Shown in pieces: positions 53,998 to 64,000 of a stretch of DNA of 64,000 nucleotides. Positions within the stretch are counted from its first letter, which is position 1; each line of letters starts with the position of its first letter. Origin of the DNA: an uncultured Verrucomicrobiae bacterium (GTDB lineage Bacteria; Verrucomicrobiota; Verrucomicrobiia; Chthoniobacterales; Terrimicrobiaceae); assembly GCA_963706955.1 (NCBI GenBank), contig CAVPOC010000003.1:1-64000 (forward strand), written 5' to 3'. The translations under genes were made by a program, and so were the position numbers. Below the pieces are notes generated by a model. It saw only the letters and a program-made list of their open reading frames with translations. It searched no databases and was not told where the DNA came from.

Positions 53998-55213
53998 TTA
54001 CCAGAAACCAAGCGCCTTGCGGTGGACTTCGCCGCTTTGAACAAAGTCGTGGTCGCGCAGCCAGGATTCAATCTCAGGAAGGTGCATCGCGCCCCATGGC
54101 ACAACCACACGACGGTAATCCTTTAAGGACGATTCGATCTCGGCGACCAGCCGTTGGTTTCGGGAGAAAAGGATGTCATCCATCACCTGTTCTTGCGCCT
54201 CTTCATTGGCGATGGGCGAAGATGGGTCAACCAGAAGTTCGATCACTTCGCGAAGATCGTTGCTCTGGAAGATCGCGATGACAGCCAGGATGAAGGCGAT
54301 GGTTTGCGGATGGAAACTCTCCACGTCAACGTCCGCATGCTTGTAATAGATTCCGGGTCCCTTGGCGCCGCCGGCTGTCCCGCAGTTCCGCACTGGAACC
54401 CTGCTTGCCCAATTCGTCGGCGACGCGATTGGAAAAGACACTATCCGATTGCGAAGTGACATTGAGAAGCTTGGCCAAGCGGCCATAATCCAGAGTTCGC
54501 CCGCCAAGCAAGCGTTTGCGGTCGGTGACGCCTTCCACCAGCACAACGGATGGTTCCGCCGGATCGGGCGGCGGCAACACGCCGGAATAAAACTCTCGTC
54601 GGGCGACGTGCATCATGCCGGCAAGACGAACCTCGCGATCTCCCGATTGAAATTGACGCTCGACCAAGTAAATGCCGTCGGGACGCAGGCGGACGTAACC
54701 TCCCGTCAGCAACTCGATCTGTGTCGAAAATCCGAGGGCGACACTACCCGCCGCAACAAGAAGGAACAACAAGGCGGTCACCGGGCCTGCCACGAGCAAG
54801 TATTTCCACGAAAATGGCTGCGTCCGCGCCGGAGCGAAAGTCGGCAAGGTCCTGCGGGTGCCACTTAGATTCGGGGCAAAGTACCAGACAGCCAACGCGA
54901 GCAGCACCTGCAGCAAGGCGAGGACAAGTGCCAGATGAGCCGGTTTCCAGAGCCCAAATGGATATGCCATGGCCGGGCCCGCCCACCAGGCAAACAAGAT
55001 CGGCGGCACGAGAACCCGCTTGGGGGCCTTGGGCGTCACCCCGATGATCGCCGCCATCGGGAAGCTCATCGCGAGCACTGCAAGCGCGAAAGCGGCTCTG
55101 ACTCCGCTCAAGGGCGAAGAACCAAGGATCAGCGTGGTCGCTTCGTCAACAAAGGAAAATACTCCGTCTGTGAGAAACAATAACCAAAAGAAAGTAACGG
55201 CGCCCCGAAGCAC
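53998..55213 (-). CDS. Membrane protein with a C-terminal TraB/GumN-like domain; indels near 54330-54400
   Basis: About five TM helices, then LAGMMHV, VLVEGV, HADV, RNQRL, VVPWGAMHL. Confidence 0.6.
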
Positions 55214-55286
55214 CTCGACAACGTAGCAGAGCCGGAAAGTCGCTCAACTGCAGTCTTCGCGCTTGCTGAGCTTGGGAAGACAATCT

Positions 55287-56501
55287 CTAGCCCGGCTGCT
55301 GCCGCACTTCCGAGCGAACACCGCGCCCGGCAAGCGGGCAAACGGCCAGTGCCGCGGCCAGCAGGCAGGCTGCCGCGGCCAAGAGCGGCCAGAGCGCATA
55401 GCTCCCGCCGCCCCGGTGAAGTTGCGCACTGAGGAGCAGACCTGCCAGCATCGGTCCAACCCAACGCGCCAGACTGCCACTGGACTGCATCAACCCCAAG
55501 GCGCGTCCTTGCCAATTCGACTCCGCGCTCCGCGAGGCGAGAGACGAGAGAGTTGGCATGAGCAGGCTGTTCCCGATGCCGACGGCCGCGCTGGCGATAA
55601 ACATGATGCCGATGCCGGAGCTAAGCGCGAGGGCGCATAGACCCGCACACATCGAGACCGCGCCAGCAAGTGCGATCGGCGCCTCACCAAATCGCCTGAC
55701 CAGCCGACCGATCAGCCCGCCTTGAATGATCACGCCCAGAATCCCAATCGCGCCGAGAACATAGCCGGTATGCAGCGCATCAAGGCCGAAGCGGTGGAAG
55801 AGCAGGAGCGCAAAAAGGGCTGTCATCATGGAAAAACCGACGATGACGAGGAAATAGCTCGCCAGACTCCATGCATATGTCGACCTCTCCACGTGATCGA
55901 AGAGATTTGGAAAGATGGGCTCACTTCGGGCGCGCTGTGGATCGGGCAGACGAGACTCAGGCAGACAGAACATCACGAAAAAGAAATTCACCAGAGAAAG
56001 TGCGGCCGCGATAAACATCGGCGCCGCGTAGTTAAATGCTACACTCGCCCAGCCTCCGAGCGCTGGCCCAAAGACGAATCCAAGCCCAAAGGCGGCACCG
56101 AGAAGCCCCATCGCTCGGGCGCGGTTTTCTGGCGCCGAGATGTCGGCAAGATAAGCCTGCGCCGCGCCGATGTTGGCTCCGCAAATTCCGTCTATCAAAC
56201 GCGCGACGAAGAGCATCGTCACCGAGGTCGCCAGACCCATCAGCACGTAGCCGATAACTGTCCCGAACAATCCCAGGAGCAAGACCGGCTTGCGGCCCAG
56301 CCGATCGGACACCTTCCCCCAAATGGGTGCGAAAAAGAATTGCGCGAGTGAAAAAATGCCGACCAGCCAGCCGATCTGCACGGCGGTCGCTCCGAAATGC
56401 TCCGCATAGAGCGGCAGGACGGGAATCACGATGCCAAAACCGAGAATATCTATAAAGCAGGTTAGAAAAATCGTCAGATATTGAAGCGGGCGGCGGGCCA
56501 T
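55287..56501 (-). CDS. MFS transporter, TetA/DHA1-like
   Basis: GKVSDRLGRKP motif A, AQAYLADI, GLGFVFGPALGG motif C. Confidence 0.92.
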   Translation of the reverse strand: MARRPLQYLTIFLTCFIDILGFGIVIPVLPLYAEHFGATAVQIGWLVGIFSLAQFFFAPIWGKVSDRLGRKPVLLLGLFGTVIGYVLMGLATSVTMLFVARLIDGICGANIGAAQAYLADISAPENRARAMGLLGAAFGLGFVFGPALGGWASVAFNYAAPMFIAAALSLVNFFFVMFCLPESRLPDPQRARSEPIFPNLFDHVERSTYAWSLASYFLVIVGFSMMTALFALLLFHRFGLDALHTGYVLGAIGILGVIIQGGLIGRLVRRFGEAPIALAGAVSMCAGLCALALSSGIGIMFIASAAVGIGNSLLMPTLSSLASRSAESNWQGRALGLMQSSGSLARWVGPMLAGLLLSAQLHRGGGSYALWPLLAAAACLLAAALAVCPLAGRGVRSEVRQQPG

Positions 56502-56705
56502 GGATCGGGAGCAGAATCAACAGAGATCCCCATCAAAAGCAAGGGCTCGCGGGCGTCGGTGAAGTCCGCGACGAGTCGGTGCGCGGCTCACTTGCAAACC
56601 CTTGCTCGAATCAGCGCATTCACCGAAAAACCTTTTCCGATCCAAACGGTAAAAGTCCCAAGCTTGCACGATCAGCCGATCGGCTGATACTTGACGGGAC
56701 GCTTT

Positions 56706-58635
56706 ATGGCGCCCTCTCATCCAAAACCCTCTCGATGGTTTGCCACCCTGCTGTGGGGGAACTCCATCGCGCTTTCCTGGATGTGGGGCCTGGGCCTGTT
56801 CTTTTCGGTCCAATTTACGACGCAATTTGGGCTCTTCGGGCTTCTGACTTTCGCCATTCCCAATGCCCTTGGTCTGCTCGCTTTCGGTTTGGTCACGCAC
56901 CACATCGCCCGACGCGAGGCGGGATCGGAGTCTCTCGCCCGATTTTTCAAGACCTGGTCCCGGCCGTTTCGTCTCGTCTTTTTTCTTTACCAGCTCCTGG
57001 CGATTACGCTGACTATCTTCGCCTTTATCAGATATGTCTGGCAGCCGCTCGGTTTTCAACCGTGGGCGCTCTACCTGCCCTTGACCTTGCTGATCGTGCT
57101 GGCCGCATCCGTGTTGCTTGGCGAGGAGTTCGATATCACCCGCATCCGCTATAGCCACGGAGTCATGGCGGTGATCCTGTTGGTGGCAGTCTGCTGGTTG
57201 CTGGTGACAGCGATTTCGGTTGGTCCGGGTCGAGGTGAGCATTCCCAAGGCTCCCCACCAATGATCTGGCCTATTGGGGCTACGCGATTCCGATCTGCAT
57301 CGGCTTTCTCGTGGGTCCCTGGCTCGACTTACAGCAGTGGCAACGCGCCATCCAGATGCACCGCGAGCGAATTTCCATAGCAGCCGCGTATTGGGCCGGT
57401 TCCACCCAATTTTTTGTCATGCTGCTCTTTCACGGGTGCCTGGCTTTGTGGGCGCTTAATTGGGGTGCCGGCTCTTATCTCCGAACCGGAATTGCCAACT
57501 ACGTCTACGGCCATGAATTGCTCTTGCGGCTCTTTTATGAGCGGTTTTCTGCGTGGACTTTCGCCGCGTATGTCGTCTGGCTGGTCATCTGCATCTTATC
57601 CACCCTCGATAGCGGCTACATCGCCTTGCGTTGGTTTCTGCAGGCGAACGCCTCCGCCAGCAAAAGCCCGATTTTTTCACTGATTCCGGAAAGCGTGATC
57701 GCGTCGCCGATTCCGGTATTTATTTTCGCCGGTCTGTTCGCGTTATTCGCCTCGGTCGTCAAACTTGAGCTCGAGTATTTCATGATCTTTTATGCGACGT
57801 TTTTCGTCGGCTACTCGGCTCTCGCCATTACCCGATGTTACATGAACACGCCTGCCAATGTCATTCCGCAGGTCAAGATGTTCTGCATCGGCTGCTTGGC
57901 GGTCGTGATTTTCGCCTATGGATATTTCCTGCGCCTTCCAATCCTGCAGATTTTGGGTTCGCTGCTGCCGCTGGCTCTTGTTATTTGGTTGATCTTCAAA
58001 CCGGGATCTTCTCAAGAATTCATCGGCGACTCACGCGCCTTGAGTCCGGTCTCGGAAATTCCCATGCCGCCCGAGGAGGAAGGGGCCTCGGAGTCGATTG
58101 CCGCCACGCGCAAGGAGGCGATTCGGCAACGCGCGGAAGCTCGCGCCAAAGAACTCGGCGTCACCGCCGCTCCATCTTCTGAACAGGAGGCAGCGTCCGC
58201 ACCCGAGGACACGATCTTTCCGGGCACTTCGAAGGCAAATGGTTCGTGCATTCCTTTATCGCCACCTATGCCGATACAAATTCGGTAGGCAACGTTTACT
58301 TCGGAATGTACACCATGTGGGTTGGCAAAACGCGCGAGCTCTTTTTCAACAAGGTGCTGCCGAGGTTTAATATTAAAGAGACGCCCTTTTATATTTTAAC
58401 TCGTTCCTTCGAGCACAAGTTTGTCCGAGAGACTCGTGAATTCGAGAAAGTTACTGTCCGACTTCGCATTTCGGACTGGAACCGGAAGTTTGTCACCCTT
58501 GAACATGAGGTCAAAGACTCCTCGGAACAGCTCCTGGGAAGAGGCAAGCAGACGCTTCTCTTTGTCTCTTCTTCGGACTACAGCATGATCGATCTTCCCG
58601 CTGATATTGCCGCGGCCTTCGTCAACTACGCTTGA
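56706..58635 (+). CDS. Polytopic SSS/DUR3-like membrane protein apparently fused to a hotdog-fold thioesterase; indels near 57250 and 58200
   Basis: SIALSWMW..FG, DLQQWQRAI and LSTLDSG in the TM part; the thioesterase frame YADTNSVGNVYF..GKTRE is open upstream (GHDLSGHFEGKWF) into the linker. Confidence 0.6.
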
Positions 58636-58637
58636 CG

Positions 58638-60154
58638 ATGCGTTGGTTTGTCTTGTGCATCGTTGTCATCCTAAGCGCGTGCGAGCCGCCCAAGTATAAG
58701 CCGCCGCCAACGCCCACTCCCGAGGCCATCCCACGCCAACACCCACCCCGACGATTGCTCGGAAACCGCTGGATGTTTCACAGCTCTTTAACGGGATAAC
58801 CGTCTTTACCAAATTTGAGACGCCTCAAAGCGACGAGCCAGCTTCTTTCGAGCGCAATGAGGCGGATAGTTACAAGCTGCAAATCACCTTCACCGCCGAG
58901 CTGCCACACCCCAGCCGCACCTTGGAAGAACTTGTCCAAAATGACCCCAAGCTTCCTGACGTCTTGCCCAAGATGCGGCAACTGGCGGAAACGGCTCAGG
59001 TATCGAGTTATTTTGACAAGCTCTACAAGAATAAGATCGACTTCGTCCGCGATCGCCTCAATCGCCTTGATCTGATTCTTTCCCGTCATAACTTCTACGA
59101 CTGCGAAACGATTCTCGAACTGCAGGATCCGGAGAGTGGCCGCAAAGCGTTGCTCATGCAGGGCGATATGGATCTGAATACTGACGGCTCAGATGGCGAC
59201 CGGAACTTTCCGATCGATGGCTCATCGCCTACCTTTCAGCCGCAAACCAGCTATCGTTGGCCCAAGCTCACAAATCGTCCCAATCCCCTCCTGCGTGCTT
59301 ATGAAGAGAAACTCGCCACGCTCAAACAAGAATTTACCCTCAAGAGCCTCGCCATGGAGCGAAATCGGGAGCTGAAGCGGTCTATTGATGAAACCAGCCG
59401 TGTCATTAACGAGCTCAAGACCAGCAGTTTCCTGATCTCGGATGCCGACCCTTCGATTGTCGTTCCCTCCTTCATGCTCTCGAACGATGATAACACCTTC
59501 TCCCCTTCGATCGGCGACTATGCGGCGGTGATTTACGATGGCAAAATCTATCCGGCAATCGTGGGAGATGCCGGGCCCTCCAGCAAGATGGGCGAAGCTT
59601 CCGGACGCATTTGCAAAGAAATCAATCCACGGACCTCAGGTTTTAACCGGGCGGTCAGCAACATCAAAGTCAGCTATCTCATCTTTCCCGGAACCGCGGA
59701 GACTCCGGGACCGCCAGACCTGGCTCGATGGCACCAAAAGTGCAAGGAGCTTCTCGACGAAATGGGAGGTGTGCGCTACGGAACTGCATGTCTGGAAGGA
59801 TGTCGTTTCTCCCTGGCCAACTCCGACGCCCAGCCCGACCGCCTCACCGACGCCCTAGCCCGACGGTAGCCCAACCCTCCCGCCGCCGGGAGCTGCATCT
59901 CCGAGTCCAACAGGCTCGCCAACGCCGGGAGCTGCATCTCCCAGCCCAACAGTCTCGCCGAGATCGGAAGCTGCATCTGCCAGTCCGACAGTCACTCCAT
60001 CTTCCGGCACTGCATCCCCTAGCCCGTGCCTTCGGTATCAACCGTGGAGTCCCTCTACGACCCTACTGTACCGGCGGCTTCTCCCGGCACGAGTCCGGGA
60101 CGACCGGCTTCTCCCACACCATCCCCGCGCTCCACGAATCGGCCGCGTCCCTGA
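58638..60154 (+). CDS. GH75 (chitosanase-like) lipoprotein with Pro/Ser/Thr-rich tail; several indels
   Basis: Lipobox LSAC; GDMDLNTDGS; GDYAAVIYDGKIYPAIVGDAGPSSKMGEAS. Confidence 0.75.
59884..59990 (+). repeat. 39-nt tandem repeat (about 3 units) encoding PGAASPSPTxSPx
   Basis: cgccgggagctgcatctccgagtccaacaggctcgccaa repeated with divergence. Confidence 0.7.
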
Positions 60155-61164
60155 TGAACCCGACGATTGCGGAGACTCTTCGCCAGCTCCTCTGCGCGCT
60201 GGGCACTTCGATCCGAAACCGGGTCGCCGAGGGACGCGAGTCGATGCCGACGGAAAGCCTTGCGGCGGTGGCTAACCAGTCGATAGCCGACACGATCTAT
60301 ACCATCGACAAGTTCGGAGAAGAAGCCATCGGAGAGTGGTTTGGCCTGCATTGGCCGTCCTCCGAGCCGGTCGAAGTAGTCATGGAAGGTCCGCAAGAAA
60401 CGCAATGCTTTCCGCGAGGAACTCGCGTCGCCGACACAAAGTGGAAATGTCTGCTCGATCCGATCGATGGCACACGCGGGATCATGTATGATAAGCGGAG
60501 CGCATGGGCGCTCAGCGGGATCGCGCCGCAGCGCGGATCCGCAACCAGGCTCTCCGACATCTTCGTCGCGGCAATGACGGAGATTCCGACAAGCAAACAG
60601 TGGCGTGCCGACCAGGTGAGCTGCACGCGGGGCGGGGGGATTGTTGCCGAGGCGACCAACGTTCTCGATGGCTCGAAGTTTCCCTTGTCGCTCTCCCCCT
60701 CGGGCGCGAGCACTTTTCGACATGGATTTGCCTGGATGGCCAAGTTTTTCCCGGAGGGTCGGGCGCTCACAGCGCAAATCGAGGAGCAACTCTGGGACGA
60801 GCTTATCGGTCTGGGTCGTGATGCTTCGCCCACGATCTTTGACGACCAATATATTTGCAGCGGGGGCTCCTTCTACGAACTGCTGGCCGGCCACGATCGA
60901 ATGATCGGAGATCTGCGGCCACTGGTCTTACCCCGCCTCAATCTCGATGCGTCATTGGTTTGCCACCCCTACGATGTCTGCACAGCGCTCCTCCTATCCG
61001 AGGCAGGAGTTGTCTATGAGCACCCCTTTGGAGGTTTTCCGGACGCCCCGCTCGACACCACCAGTGCGGTCGCCTGGGTCGGCTATGCCAACACCACTCT
61101 CGCTGCGCTGGCGCGTCCCGTGCTCCAGCGGATACTCAAAGAGATGCTTTCAACACCCAAGTAA
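60154..61164 (+). CDS. Inositol monophosphatase-like protein
   Basis: DTIYTID, VVMEG, LDPIDGTRG, HPYD. Confidence 0.8.
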   Translation: MNPTIAETLRQLLCALGTSIRNRVAEGRESMPTESLAAVANQSIADTIYTIDKFGEEAIGEWFGLHWPSSEPVEVVMEGPQETQCFPRGTRVADTKWKCLLDPIDGTRGIMYDKRSAWALSGIAPQRGSATRLSDIFVAAMTEIPTSKQWRADQVSCTRGGGIVAEATNVLDGSKFPLSLSPSGASTFRHGFAWMAKFFPEGRALTAQIEEQLWDELIGLGRDASPTIFDDQYICSGGSFYELLAGHDRMIGDLRPLVLPRLNLDASLVCHPYDVCTALLLSEAGVVYEHPFGGFPDAPLDTTSAVAWVGYANTTLAALARPVLQRILKEMLSTPK

Positions 61165-61170
61165 GTCCAC

Positions 61171-61807
61171 GTGACCCGCGAACGGCTTCTGGCAATTCTT
61201 GGAACAACGATCCTGCGGGTGCTGCTCGCGACGGTGCGTTTTCGATTTGAAGACCCGTCCGAGCTCTCGAAGAACAGAATCGAAAAGCCGGTCATCATTT
61301 GCTTTTGGCACAACCGTATCCTCGGAATCACACTCGCCTTCCTCAGAGGGCTATCCGCACCGCCTCCGCAAGGGAGTCAACGTGCTTACCAGCGCAAGCC
61401 GCGATGGCGAAATCCTCGCCCAGATCATGGGACAGCTCGGCATGGCGGCCGTTCGCGGATCCAGTTCCCGCCGCGGATCGCGTGCCATGCGAGAGCTCAT
61501 CGATCTGATCGAGAATGGTTACGATGTTGCCATCACACCGGACGGCCCGCGCGGGCCACGCTATTCATTTGGTCCCGGCGCAATTTCCCTGGCGCAGTTG
61601 ACCGGGTGTCCCCTCACACTGATGCACGCGAAATTTTCGCGTCCCTTTCGGATGAAAACGTGGGATGGTTTCATCATCCCGTTGCCTTTTTCCGAGATTT
61701 TCGTGAAGGTGGATCCGCCCATCTACGTGCCACGCAAATTGGAAGAGGAAGAATTCGAAAGCACGCGAGCGCGGATGGAGGTTCTTTTGCGAAATGAAGC
61801 GGATTGA
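61171..61807 (+). CDS. DUF374 lysophospholipid acyltransferase-family protein; indel near 61345
   Basis: [41 protein letters not shown]. Confidence 0.88.
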
Positions 61808-62705
61808 TGGAACGGCGATTGCGCAAAAAGTTCATGAGGAAACGAGGGAGCGCGTCGAGCTTCTCAAAGGGCAAGGTTTACGTCCCGGTTTGGCGGTTGT
61901 CCTCGTCGGCGACGATTCGGCTTCACGCACCTATGTGCGAGCGAAGGACAAGAAGGCCGCGGAACTGGGCTTGTACTCGGTAAAGTACGAACTTCCTGTC
62001 GACACTCACCCGGCCCGGATTCTCTCGCTCGTCCGGGACCTCAACGACGACCCGCTCATTCACGGCATCCTGGTGCAGTCGCCGCTTCCGAAACACATAG
62101 ACGAGCCGGCCGTGGTCGCCACCATAGATCCCGCGAAGGATGTGGACGGTTTTCACCCGATCAACGTGGCCAAGCTCGCGATGGATGACCCAACCGGATT
62201 TGTTCCGTGCACGCCGCGCGGCTGCATGCGCCTTCTGCAGGAAAGTGGCGTGGAAACCGCGGGGGCCAATGCGGTCGTGGTGGGTCGTAGCATGATCGTG
62301 GGAAAACCGATGGCCCTCCTCCTTATGCGTCGCGGAAAGGCCGGCGATGCCACCGTGACTGTCGCCCATTCCCGCTCGCGCGACCTGGCCGCGATCACGC
62401 GCGCCGCCGACATCGTGATAGCGGCCATCGGCCGGGCGCATTTCCTCGGCGCTGATCATATTGGCGACAATGCGGTCGTCATCGACGTGGGAATCAACCG
62501 GATGGAAGATCCGGGTTCCTCCAGAGGTTATCGTATTGTCGGCGACGTCGATTACGCGGCTGTGGCGGAGCGATGCGCCGCGATCACCCCGGTGCCAGGA
62601 GGAGTGGGCCCGATGACCATCGCGATGCTGCTCTCCAATACGACGATCGCCTGTGAACGCTTCGCTGGCCGAGTCGGTGAAGTGACGCCAGAGCTCCGAA
62701 CTTAG
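61794..62705 (+). CDS. folD: Methylenetetrahydrofolate dehydrogenase/cyclohydrolase
   Basis: [32 protein letters not shown]. Confidence 0.97.
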   Translation: MKRIDGTAIAQKVHEETRERVELLKGQGLRPGLAVVLVGDDSASRTYVRAKDKKAAELGLYSVKYELPVDTHPARILSLVRDLNDDPLIHGILVQSPLPKHIDEPAVVATIDPAKDVDGFHPINVAKLAMDDPTGFVPCTPRGCMRLLQESGVETAGANAVVVGRSMIVGKPMALLLMRRGKAGDATVTVAHSRSRDLAAITRAADIVIAAIGRAHFLGADHIGDNAVVIDVGINRMEDPGSSRGYRIVGDVDYAAVAERCAAITPVPGGVGPMTIAMLLSNTTIACERFAGRVGEVTPELRT

Positions 62706-63250
62706 GATCAAGCTGGCGACTAGGCTTAGTTAGTTGCCGGGCCCGCTTCACCAGATTTGGCCACCACGAGGCCGCTGTGGGACCGTTCAGGATCAATCGG
62801 CGAATGCTGGTCACTAAGCTCTTTGGAAGCTGCAATGACATTCCTACTTTGTGGTTGAGGCGTCCAGCCGACGCCGAACACCTATCGGAAACTTATGAAA
62901 ACCTCGGAACTAATCGTTCTCACAGATTACGAAATGGAAAGCATTCAAGGCGGTTTAACAGCCGCGCGCGCCCCAACGCGACGTCCCCTCTTTCGACTGA
63001 TCCTTCTTCTTCTAAGCGCCATCCTTGGGCGTTCGGTTCCTACCCCGGCACCAGAACTCTAAGACATCGGATCGAGTTACTCGTCGCCAGCGGATGGCGA
63101 CGCGTCGGATCTCCCGGGGTCACTACCGCCGCCGGAGCATCATTCCTGTGCCGCCCGATCGTTGACGCGGCGGGGCTGGCCATTCGCGAGCCCTGGAGCT
63201 TTCCAGAGGTCGGGCGTTGATTTCCCGATCGACTGGGATAAGGTCGATCG

Positions 63251-64000
63251 GTGCAATACCGTCAACTCGGTAAGTCCGACCTTCAGGCTTCGGTCGTCGG
63301 CTTCGGTACGATGTCGTGGCCCGGGTGCAATTATGGGGACACTGATTATGTGGCGTCGCAGGAGGATCTCGCGATGGCGCGCGCGATGGTCAAGACGTCA
63401 CTGGACTCCGGGATCAATCTTTTCGACACGGCGGAAGGCTATGGTCTGGGGCTGGCAGAAGAGGTTTTGGGAAGCGCCCTTCAGGAACTCGGATGTCGAG
63501 AGAAGGCGATTATTGTCACGAAGGTGGGACCGCTCTTCGGCTCTGAACGCATCGACGGTCGCGCCTGCAATCTCAGCGCCAAGCACATCCTGGAGCGCTG
63601 CGACTTGAGTTTGAAGCGCCTGCAAACAGACTACATCGACCTCTATCTTGCCCATTGGCCAGACCCGCTGACGCCGATTCAGGAAACGATGGAGGCGGTC
63701 AACAAGCTGCACGCCGCAGGGAAGATCCGATGGTTTGGGGTGAGCAACTTCTCCAGCGATCTATTGAGAGACGCGCTCGACCATGGCCAGGTGGTCGCAA
63801 ACGAACTCCCTTACAGCCTCGCAGACCGGAGCATCGATGCGGATAGGCGCCCGTTCTGTCTCCAGGAGCTTGTTGGTATCATTGCCTACTCCCCGCTTGG
63901 CAAAGGGGTCTTGAGCGGAAAATACGACGCTCAGCGGCTCCCGCCCGCGGAGGACTATCGGCACCAGAAAAAATATTTCGCAAAGGAGAACCTGCCGCGA
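63251..64000 (+). CDS. Aldo/keto reductase, partial (runs off window); indel near 63330-63370
   Basis: MQYRQLGKSDL..GFGT, FDTAEGYG, LKRLQTDYIDLY, GVSNF, AYSPLGKG. Confidence 0.88.
   Translation, partial: MQYRQLGKSDLQASVVGFGTMSWPGCNYGDTDYVASQEDLAMARAMVKTSLDSGINLFDTAEGYGLGLAEEVLGSALQELGCREKAIIVTKVGPLFGSERIDGRACNLSAKHILERCDLSLKRLQTDYIDLYLAHWPDPLTPIQETMEAVNKLHAAGKIRWFGVSNFSSDLLRDALDHGQVVANELPYSLADRSIDADRRPFCLQELVGIIAYSPLGKGVLSGKYDAQRLPPAEDYRHQKKYFAKENLPR

Noticed and set aside
59884..59990. Possible CRISPR array
   Set aside because: Tandem 39-nt units with no unique spacers, codon-phased, encoding a Pro/Ser linker; no cas genes
59728..60153. Arg-rich N-terminal extension of the IMPase-like ORF
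   Set aside because: Alternative frame of the upstream gene's repeat tail; the real start is the ATG at 60154 overlapping a TGA
62777..63250. ORFs between folD and the aldo/keto reductase
   Set aside because: No recognisable motifs; a short hydrophobic ORF from 62934 cannot be validated given the indel noise

Overview
Mostly core chromosome of a GC-rich bacterium. Gene content and protein style suggest Verrucomicrobia (Chthoniobacterales/Spartobacteria-like); this is inference, not a database result. Left to right: a Fur-boxed EfeO-like + FTR1 iron-uptake pair; fabG; TPP riboswitch-thiC; an accessory segment (IS256-like relic, internally deleted ECF sigma coupled to a Ser/Thr kinase-STAND-TPR gene, sugar ABC transporter); a metal cluster (copA-cusB-cusA, Mn ABC transporter with a permease-DtxR fusion, mntR, and a CnrYXH-like anti-sigma/sensor/ECF sigma trio); a rearranged rplK//rplA-rplJ-rplL-rpoB-rpoC-rpsB-tsf block; and envelope/metabolic genes through folD. 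Many single-base frameshifts, including in rpoC and rplA, point to long-read indel errors rather than real pseudogenes. Best candidate for an undescribed system: the CnrYXH-like trio, whose sensor has a Cys/Met/His ligand set in place of the CnrX nickel site and whose upstream 28-nt motif recurs (18/28 identical, ungapped) upstream of copA-cusBA, suggesting an ECF-driven periplasmic copper/silver regulon. Other highlights: a twin-GGCU-loop three-way-junction RNA ahead of rplL, an apparent SSS/DUR3-like transporter-hotdog thioesterase fusion, and two GTAG-type REP families.
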